From a virus (Duplodnaviria > Caudoviricetes): a DNA stretch of 34,570 bases. The stretch spans positions 1-34,570 of IMG/VR virus record IMGVR_UViG_3300025653_000122, one strand, 5' to 3'. The translations under genes and the position numbers were made by a program. Below the pieces are notes generated by a model. That model had not been told where the DNA came from, searched no databases, and saw only the letters and a list, made by a program, of their open reading frames with translations. Shown one piece after another: positions 7,524-13,755 of the stretch; the stretch's first letter is position 1; each line of letters begins with the position of its first letter.

Positions 7524-7873
7524 TAGCATCATGTAGATAGTAGAGCCACAATTCGCCCGTTGCCGGACGAATTAGTGTTGTTGAGCTTCATGTGAGTTAG
7601 CGTCACCAACCTGTTAAAGAAGATTACATATAATATGTGTGGAGGCGGCAGACCTTCAACCCCCTACTTCAGCATTCGCAATATCCGCGGAAAGCAGTTA
7701 ATCCCTAACAGTCGAAATCACTTGCTTTGTGGTTGTATCTTTTTCACAGAGCCACATCTTTCATGCCTTAAGTTAGCATTGTCCTTGCAACGCACCAGTA
7801 TCTGAACGCACACTGCCCACACGGCAGGCGTCCTCAAGATGGGTCGAGCAGCCCCGACCAAACCATGTTGCTA
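7524..7873 (-). ncRNA. Candidate large structured non-coding RNA (~350 nt), family not recognised
   Basis: ORF-free and more GC-rich than other intergenic DNA. End-closing helix UAGCA-A-CAUG/CAUG-A-UGCUA; many internal helices whose G-U pairs work on the minus strand; 10-bp stem with GCAA tetraloop; 10-bp long-range pairing. Confidence 0.7.
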
Positions 7874-7875
7874 TG

Positions 7876-8325
7876 TTAAGCCTTGTTTTTGATGTGTCTT
7901 TCTAGGAGTGCCTTGCGCAATTTGTCTGAACCGCCTACTCTAACATTGATTATGCCGTTGTAATAATCGTCTGATTCCAATACCCTACGATCAAACTGTT
8001 CTCTTGCCTCGAGATATGACATTTCACCTCTGCCTCTACACATGTAAAGTATTTCCCTTGTAAAATTTTCTGGACCTAATGCTTCTACGTCAGCCTGTAG
8101 CCTATCGGATGAACCCCAATATTCCTTCCAGTCTGACTCCTTATGGCCTCTGCGTTTATTTTTCTTGCCTTTGAGAGGTGGCTTTGTGGTTTTAAATTTG
8201 GCTAATTTCTTGCCTATGTATTTTTTATTGTTGGTAGTATTGGTAATGAGATAAACGAAGCCTTCGTATTCATCAGGAATACTGTCAATAGTCTTGCCTT
8301 CAAATGTCCAACTCGCTGTCTCCAT
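7876..8325 (-). CDS. Stand-alone GIY-YIG endonuclease (Seg-like catalytic domain only, 149 aa)
   Basis: GFVYLITN...KYIGKK, 'YWGSS', 'ENFTREIL', catalytic-type Glu in 'YLEAREQ' and Asn in 'YYNG'; no C-terminal NUMOD/HTH DNA-binding modules. Confidence 0.85.
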   Translation of the reverse strand: METASWTFEGKTIDSIPDEYEGFVYLITNTTNNKKYIGKKLAKFKTTKPPLKGKKNKRRGHKESDWKEYWGSSDRLQADVEALGPENFTREILYMCRGRGEMSYLEAREQFDRRVLESDDYYNGIINVRVGGSDKLRKALLERHIKNKA

Positions 8326-8557
8326 CAGTGTTACTTACTTTTGATGGACGACCAACCATGCCTTTTCTGGCTTGCTTTCTTTCCTGCCTTTTATCTTGTA
8401 TTTCCTTGCGCCTTACACTTGCAAAATTACGTATCTCGGATAGCCAAAATCTACTCTTGATTCCGGCTTCATCACTTCCTTTGTATTCAAAGCGTTCCTG
8501 CCACTTGAAATAGTTTTGGAATGCTTCGATCATCTTGTCATGACTATCAGTTGCCAT
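8300..8557 (-). CDS. Small basic protein, Hc1/histone H1-like helical hairpin family, with AT-hook-like tail
   Basis: 'FEYKGSDEAGIKSRFWLSEIRNFASVRRKEIQ' resembles the 'KGNKAAGTRARK.L.EI.....RKE' pattern; tail 'RKGMVGRPSK'. Confidence 0.55.
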   Translation of the reverse strand: MATDSHDKMIEAFQNYFKWQERFEYKGSDEAGIKSRFWLSEIRNFASVRRKEIQDKRQERKQARKGMVGRPSKVSNTDGDSELDI

Positions 8558-8561
8558 AAAA

Positions 8562-10340
8562 CTATTGGACTATTTCTATATCGTTTGAATATGAAGTAAA
8601 TCCATTCTCCTTGATTACTTTTAATACATGATTAACACGCCCTGCTAGATCATCTCTATGCGAAATTAAGAATACGTTTTTGTTTCTTTCTCGTGTCATT
8701 TTCTTGAGAATACTAATACTGCTTTCAACACCAGCACTATCCATACCACTGTCTACCAATTCATCAATGAACAGTAGATTAATACCGTGATATAGTGATT
8801 CCCATACATCTCTAAATGCCCAACTTAGACTTAAAATGAGTCTATTTCGTTCACCTCTACTGAGATTATCAAAGTCTAAGTCCTGTCCCAGTTGTGTAAT
8901 AACCACCGTTAAATCGTTCTGAAATTCCACAATGTGTGGTAATCCTACCTTGGCAAGATAGTATGTTAAACGCTGATTTAGATATGCTAGATTCTGTTCA
9001 ATAATCTTTTTACGCACAAACGAATCCTTGTTTGTGAGCAATTTGTATAGGAAATCCTGATGATCCTTTACCTTTGTAAGTTCATTCAGTGCGTCAAAAC
9101 TCACTTCCTGTAGTGCAGTTTCCTTTAGATCCTCAATCTGTTCCGCATAAGGATTAGTTTCTTCCTGCTTCTGTCCTAGTTCCTTCTGCAGACTCTCGAC
9201 CGTATTCCTGTGGTTGTATGCTTCTTCCACTGAATCATACTGCGTTACGGGGCAGTTTTCAAGTTCTCCGATGTCCTTTACAACTTTTGCGTGTTCGTCA
9301 TATTGCGTTTCGTTGGCCAGGATCTGTTGTGCTGCTTCTTGCAACATTTCTTCCTTCTGCTTCTTAATTTCTTCCTGCTTGTTGTCGTGTATCTCCTGCC
9401 CACACGCATAACATTCGTGCTTGTCAATTGATTCCAGTTCCTTTTGCAGTTTAGAAATTAATTTTTCCTGCTTTTCGTTATCGGCTGTGATGTTAGCCAT
9501 CCAACGCTGTGCTTCTTCCAGTTTATTCTTGTCTGCGTTAAATTTCTCCCAACATCTATGTGCCTCAATTTCCGCTTCAATGTCAATCTTTTCCAATGCA
9601 GCAATGCTCTGTTCCAGTTCCTTAACGGTTTGCTGTTTATTATCTTCCCATAGCCTCTGCTTGCGTTCAAGGCTTTCTATATTCTGCTCAATTCTTTCGT
9701 TGCTTGCCTTGACAGTTTCAATTCTAGTATTTTCTGCATTAATGGCGTCTCTGTTTTGGCGCATCTTTTCCTTGAGTGCCTCTGCCTTTTCAGAAAGCAG
9801 TGTAATTCCTAGCAGTTGTTCGATGATAGCACGCTGATCGTTTGGCTTTGAAGCAAGGAATGGTTCGGTGTATGTGTTCAATGCAAGAATGTGCTTGAAC
9901 ATGTCATGGCTCATGCCAAACAGGTTTTCAATATCCTTCTGCGTTTCTCTGCTATCTCCCTGTGCTTCATCGGTATCAGATGGTTCCTGTTCAGTTCCAT
10001 TAACTGTGAATTTTAATACGTTGGGTTTTCTTCCTCTATGGATAGAATATTCAACTCCATCTTTTTCAAAATCAATCGTAACCAGCATTCCCTTGCCGTT
10101 AATCTTGTTGATGAGATTATCACGTTTAATATTTGTTAAGGCATTTCCATAGATTGCATAACTTAGTGCGTTGACGATAGTGGTTTTACCAGTGCCGTTT
10201 CTGGAACCGCTATCATCTCCGCCCAAGTCTAGGTTTTCACCTAGCACAAGTGTGAGCTCGCCCTTGTCAAAGTCAATGGCCTGGGTTTGATTGCCCACAC
10301 TCATAAAGTTTTTTACCGTGATGTTTTTTATTTTAATCAT
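8562..10340 (-). CDS. Recombination nuclease ATPase subunit, T4 gp46/Rad50/SbcC-like
   Basis: KNFMSVGN, Walker A NGTGKTT, coiled coil with zinc-hook CYAC, signature LSRGE, Walker B LLFIDE, D-loop, ISH. Confidence 0.95.
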   Translation of the reverse strand: MIKIKNITVKNFMSVGNQTQAIDFDKGELTLVLGENLDLGGDDSGSRNGTGKTTIVNALSYAIYGNALTNIKRDNLINKINGKGMLVTIDFEKDGVEYSIHRGRKPNVLKFTVNGTEQEPSDTDEAQGDSRETQKDIENLFGMSHDMFKHILALNTYTEPFLASKPNDQRAIIEQLLGITLLSEKAEALKEKMRQNRDAINAENTRIETVKASNERIEQNIESLERKQRLWEDNKQQTVKELEQSIAALEKIDIEAEIEAHRCWEKFNADKNKLEEAQRWMANITADNEKQEKLISKLQKELESIDKHECYACGQEIHDNKQEEIKKQKEEMLQEAAQQILANETQYDEHAKVVKDIGELENCPVTQYDSVEEAYNHRNTVESLQKELGQKQEETNPYAEQIEDLKETALQEVSFDALNELTKVKDHQDFLYKLLTNKDSFVRKKIIEQNLAYLNQRLTYYLAKVGLPHIVEFQNDLTVVITQLGQDLDFDNLSRGERNRLILSLSWAFRDVWESLYHGINLLFIDELVDSGMDSAGVESSISILKKMTRERNKNVFLISHRDDLAGRVNHVLKVIKENGFTSYSNDIEIVQ

Positions 10341-11347
10341 AGGTCCTGATAAATCTCCGTTAGCATGCGCCTGTCATACGTTTCGCTGTCCAACTGTTCA
10401 ATCTGATTCATTACGATGGTATCAACGCTTTCAAATGATAAGTCTATAGGATCAATGTTTGACTCCACTTCTACCTTTTCTGGAATCAACATGAGTTCAC
10501 GCAATTTAAACTGCGGAATAAACTGCTCCTTAATAAAGTTTGCCTCCTCAAAGGTAATCTGCACGTCAATGGTTACACGGGCATGCATCTTTTCTCTAAG
10601 ATGCTCTTCTGGTTTGTCCAATAGTTGCGAAAGTTTAAACGTTCTATATACTGGCTGATCCGCCCAAGTTTTGTATTCTGGAACCCCGCCCCACTCCAAC
10701 AGCATCATGCCACGCTCATCATCCCACGCATCTGCGTAGTTGTGTGGAAATGCGTTACCAATATAGGTTACATTGCCTTTTGTCTGTCGCTTATGGAAGT
10801 GTCCTGAGAACACATACTCCTGATTGACAAAATGATTTGCCTGTAGTTCGCCGTGATCAGGCATTTCTACCATTGCATTCATCTTAAAGTACGGAAGCTC
10901 GAAGTGTCCAAACACGTATCTTGATTTGATATCCTTAACACTCTTCCATTCTTCACCAACCAACCAAGGAAGAAGTGTTACTTCACCTTCCGTAAATAGT
11001 TCCGTGATAGGAATAATGTTAGGAAACAATCGCATGAACTCGATGGAGTTAATCTCACGCTTGTCCTTATAGAACAAGTCATGGTTACCAACCATGAAAT
11101 AAACTTTTTCGAATGTTTCGTTGAGTCTTTCTAAATTGGAAACTGTATAGTTCATTGTGCTAACGTCTGTGGTTGCACGGTTATGGTGCCAATCTCCCAA
11201 GAAGATGCAGGTTTCAGCACCAGCGGCTTTGGCTTCTTCGCAAAACCATTTTACAAATTCTTCACAATCAATGTTGTGTGTCCTGCTTCCACTCTTCATT
11301 CCAAAGTGAATATCCGTAAAGCAGGCTGCTTTTTTAAATAACGGCAT
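10337..11347 (-). CDS. Recombination nuclease subunit, T4 gp47/Mre11/SbcD-like
   Basis: Metallophosphoesterase motifs DIHFG, GDWHH, GNHD, GHFE, SGHFH; ATGA overlap with gp46. Confidence 0.95.
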   Translation of the reverse strand: MPLFKKAACFTDIHFGMKSGSRTHNIDCEEFVKWFCEEAKAAGAETCIFLGDWHHNRATTDVSTMNYTVSNLERLNETFEKVYFMVGNHDLFYKDKREINSIEFMRLFPNIIPITELFTEGEVTLLPWLVGEEWKSVKDIKSRYVFGHFELPYFKMNAMVEMPDHGELQANHFVNQEYVFSGHFHKRQTKGNVTYIGNAFPHNYADAWDDERGMMLLEWGGVPEYKTWADQPVYRTFKLSQLLDKPEEHLREKMHARVTIDVQITFEEANFIKEQFIPQFKLRELMLIPEKVEVESNIDPIDLSFESVDTIVMNQIEQLDSETYDRRMLTEIYQDL

Positions 11348-11363
11348 TTTTACTCCTTACTAT

Positions 11364-11392
11364 ATTGTAATGGAAATTAGACAACTTGTCAA
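11364..11392 (-). promoter_or_regulatory. Host sigma70-type promoter TTGACA-N17-TACAAT for the gp47-gp46 operon
   Basis: Minus strand: TTGACA (11392-11387), 17-nt spacer, TACAAT (11369-11364), then AAGGAG and ATG 11347. Confidence 0.85.
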
Positions 11393-12219
11393 GACTTTTT
11401 CTTTTCACCACGCGGAACAGTATCACCATTGTCTCTATCCGCATTTTGTCGTGTCCAACTCGGATTCATTCCATTCATTTCGAGTATGTCATCTCGAATA
11501 TTTTGGTTTCTTTTTTCGATATTAATGATTCTAACGAATGAATTGGTAACTGCCGCGGTATAGTATGCGAATGGATTCTGTGATTTTGATTCATCAAATT
11601 GCAATCCAATCTGTGCTAGTTGTAAAATGGCTTGTCCTTTCATCTCATCATTATAGGTATAGCCTCTAACATTACCACGTGTTGCGTATCTGTCGCACAG
11701 TTTCATCCACATAAGTGCTAGTTTGTTGGTTGCCTTGCCAACCTTTGGATTGAAAAACCCATTTTCCATACCACCTTCCCAGTGGCTCTTGCCCACGCAG
11801 ATTAAGTTGTTCTTTTCATCAAACTTCCAATGTTGGAACGGTGGAAAGTTTACCTTTACGTGCCTATCGGCAACAGACTTTTTGGTTTTCTTCCTTGTAA
11901 GATCCTCCGGAATGTGTTCGAATGTCATAATGCGGAAGATTAGATCCGTTTTTTCCATCTTGCGATAATCAATTTCAAACTGCTTTGCAGGAATCTTTTT
12001 ACCAGCAGCCTCTACGGCCGCTTCATGATTTTGTTTAGCCAATCTTGAAGCACGATTCCTTTTTGCTTCTGCAATGGTTCTTATGTTAATTTTTTCAAGA
12101 CTTGGCAGGATAACATCGAATTGATGATATTCAGGGTCAACATAGGAGCAAAATGTGTTTTTACTGCGGTGTATCTCTGCCAATAGGTCTTTGTTTGTTA
12201 GATATTTAATTTTTTGCAT
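11389..12219 (-). CDS. Late-transcription sigma factor, T4 gp55-like (276 aa)
   Basis: 'YLTNKDLLAEI', 'RGNVRGYTYNDEM', 'FDESKSQNPFAYYT...F.R.I..EK'; T4-like gene order 55-47-46. Confidence 0.88.
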   Translation of the reverse strand: MQKIKYLTNKDLLAEIHRSKNTFCSYVDPEYHQFDVILPSLEKINIRTIAEAKRNRASRLAKQNHEAAVEAAGKKIPAKQFEIDYRKMEKTDLIFRIMTFEHIPEDLTRKKTKKSVADRHVKVNFPPFQHWKFDEKNNLICVGKSHWEGGMENGFFNPKVGKATNKLALMWMKLCDRYATRGNVRGYTYNDEMKGQAILQLAQIGLQFDESKSQNPFAYYTAAVTNSFVRIINIEKRNQNIRDDILEMNGMNPSWTRQNADRDNGDTVPRGEKKKS

Positions 12220-12239
12220 AATTGTGAACGTTCTCCTAA

Positions 12240-12256
12240 TATTTATTATAATAGCA
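12240..12256 (-). promoter_or_regulatory. Candidate promoters of the gp55-like gene: extended -10 TGCTATTAT and adjacent AATAAATA
   Basis: Minus strand reads TGTGCTATTATAATAAATATTAGGAG before ATG 12219. Confidence 0.45.
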
Positions 12257-12268
12257 CATAATGATAGA

Positions 12269-12276
12269 AATAAATA
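12269..12276 (+). promoter_or_regulatory. Late promoter AATAAATA for the baseplate operon
   Basis: Located ~28 nt upstream of ATG 12304, followed by AAGGA. Confidence 0.7.
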
Positions 12277-12303
12277 GAGTAAAGATAAGGAAATATTACC
12301 AAA

Positions 12304-13452
12304 ATGAGTTTACCACCTAATCCACAAGCACAATTGGTTGCTAAGATTGACAGTGCAGTTTCTGAAGGACTAAAGGCCGCCGAACAGGCAGGATCTCAAA
12401 TTTCAAACCAGTTTGAAAAGGCTAGGCTAGATGCCAAGATGGATAAACTGGGTGCAGGATTTACCAGCGGTTTTAACCAGGCAGCAGCAGCGGGTGCTAC
12501 CTTTAACGATCAAATAAACACAGGTATGGGCAATGTTGCTGATGTGATTACAAATAAAGTTGGCGACGGTTCGATAAGTTCTCTTACTAGCACGATAGGA
12601 AGTTTTGGTAATGCAATAGGAGATGCAGCAGAAGGTGTGTTGGGAGCAGCAGCAGGTGCTGGAAAGGAAATTGGTGCGCTGGCAAGTAAACTAACAGGAG
12701 GAAATCTTGCTGGAGGAGTATCAAGCATAGCAAGTGCCATATCAGAAGGTGCAGGAAAATTAAACGATTTCCTAAGCCTAAAGCGCGGAGCCAACCTACC
12801 CCAGGAAGGAGAATTGTTCCAGACACAAGGAGAAGGAATTCAAGTGTTGCCTTCAAACGGAGATGACTGGCGTGTGAGGATCGGTTGTGATTTTAACATT
12901 TTTGCAGGAAATAAAATAATAGACCTTATTAAAGCATCGGACGGAGTTGTATTTCCTATACTACCAGAAATAACTTTTTCAACCAAGGCAACTTATTCTT
13001 CAATAGATCCCGTGCATAACAACTATCCATTCCAGGCCTATAAGAATTCACAGGTAGACGAAATCAATATTTCAGGAACATTCGTTGCTGAAAAAGAGGA
13101 TCAAGCAGCATACTGGATCGCAGCAACAACATTCTTTAAAACTGTTACAAAGATGTTCTTTGGCAGGGGCGCACTTCAAGGTGCACCCCCTCCTATCTGT
13201 ATACTAAATGGATATGGTGCCAGCGTGTTTGATAACGTGCCTGTTGTTGTTAAATCATTTAGTGTGGATTTTACTGAAGATGTAAATTACATACGTTGTA
13301 ATGCGTTTGGTACAGGAACATGGGTACCTATAACGAGTACCATTAATGTTATTGTTCAGCCTGTCTACAATAGAAGAAATCTAAGGCAGTTTAGCCTACA
13401 GGATTACGCAAAAGGAAATTTACAAACTCCTGGCAAGATGGGATACTTATAA
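12304..13452 (+). CDS. Baseplate tail-tube initiator/cap, gp48/gp54-like, with Gly/Ala-rich N-terminal extension
   Basis: C-terminal tube-like motifs 'GVVFP..PEI', 'INISGTF', 'GAPPPICILNGYG...NVPVVVKSFSVDF'; first gene of the baseplate cluster. Confidence 0.65.
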   Translation: MSLPPNPQAQLVAKIDSAVSEGLKAAEQAGSQISNQFEKARLDAKMDKLGAGFTSGFNQAAAAGATFNDQINTGMGNVADVITNKVGDGSISSLTSTIGSFGNAIGDAAEGVLGAAAGAGKEIGALASKLTGGNLAGGVSSIASAISEGAGKLNDFLSLKRGANLPQEGELFQTQGEGIQVLPSNGDDWRVRIGCDFNIFAGNKIIDLIKASDGVVFPILPEITFSTKATYSSIDPVHNNYPFQAYKNSQVDEINISGTFVAEKEDQAAYWIAATTFFKTVTKMFFGRGALQGAPPPICILNGYGASVFDNVPVVVKSFSVDFTEDVNYIRCNAFGTGTWVPITSTINVIVQPVYNRRNLRQFSLQDYAKGNLQTPGKMGYL

Positions 13453-13454
13453 TA

Positions 13455-13754
13455 ATGGCGGTATACAAGCAATCATCACCCTATTCGGCAACCAAGCAGA
13501 ACAATCTGTATCTTGAACTATTAAGCATCAGGCCTGTTCCCGCACAGAAGGACGATTTTTTATACACGATTGAGAGCCAATATGAGCGTCGACCTGATCT
13601 ATTGGCCTACGACCTATATGGTGATCCTAAATTATGGTGGGTGTTTGTTCAAAGAAACATGGAAACTATTAAGGATCCGATCTATGATTTTGTTCCTGGC
13701 ACAAAAATATATATCCCCAAGAATTCCAATCTAAAGAAATTTTTAGGAGTCTAG
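13455..13754 (+). CDS. Baseplate wedge protein, gp53/LysM-like (99 aa)
   Basis: 'YTIE...RPDLLAYDLYGDPKLWWVF...N...G..IYIP'. Confidence 0.85.
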   Translation: MAVYKQSSPYSATKQNNLYLELLSIRPVPAQKDDFLYTIESQYERRPDLLAYDLYGDPKLWWVFVQRNMETIKDPIYDFVPGTKIYIPKNSNLKKFLGV

Positions 13755-13755
13755 A

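Noticed and set aside
7630-7860. tmRNA (GGGGCUG near the 5' end and GCCUCCACA further down on the minus strand)
   Set aside because: No T-arm GGUUCRA, no CCA end, the two pieces do not form an alanyl acceptor stem, no tag ORF, and the structure continues past the supposed 3' end.
7524-8325. Group I or group II intron carrying the GIY-YIG as a homing endonuclease
   Set aside because: No recognisable P7 (R/S) or domain V sequences, no interrupted host gene, and the region upstream of the nuclease is an intact overlapping ORF.
8562-11347. Inteins or introns in gp46/gp47; defence-system SbcCD
   Set aside because: Lengths and motif spacing are normal, no intein splice motifs are seen, and the 55-47-46 order is the standard T4-like recombination module.
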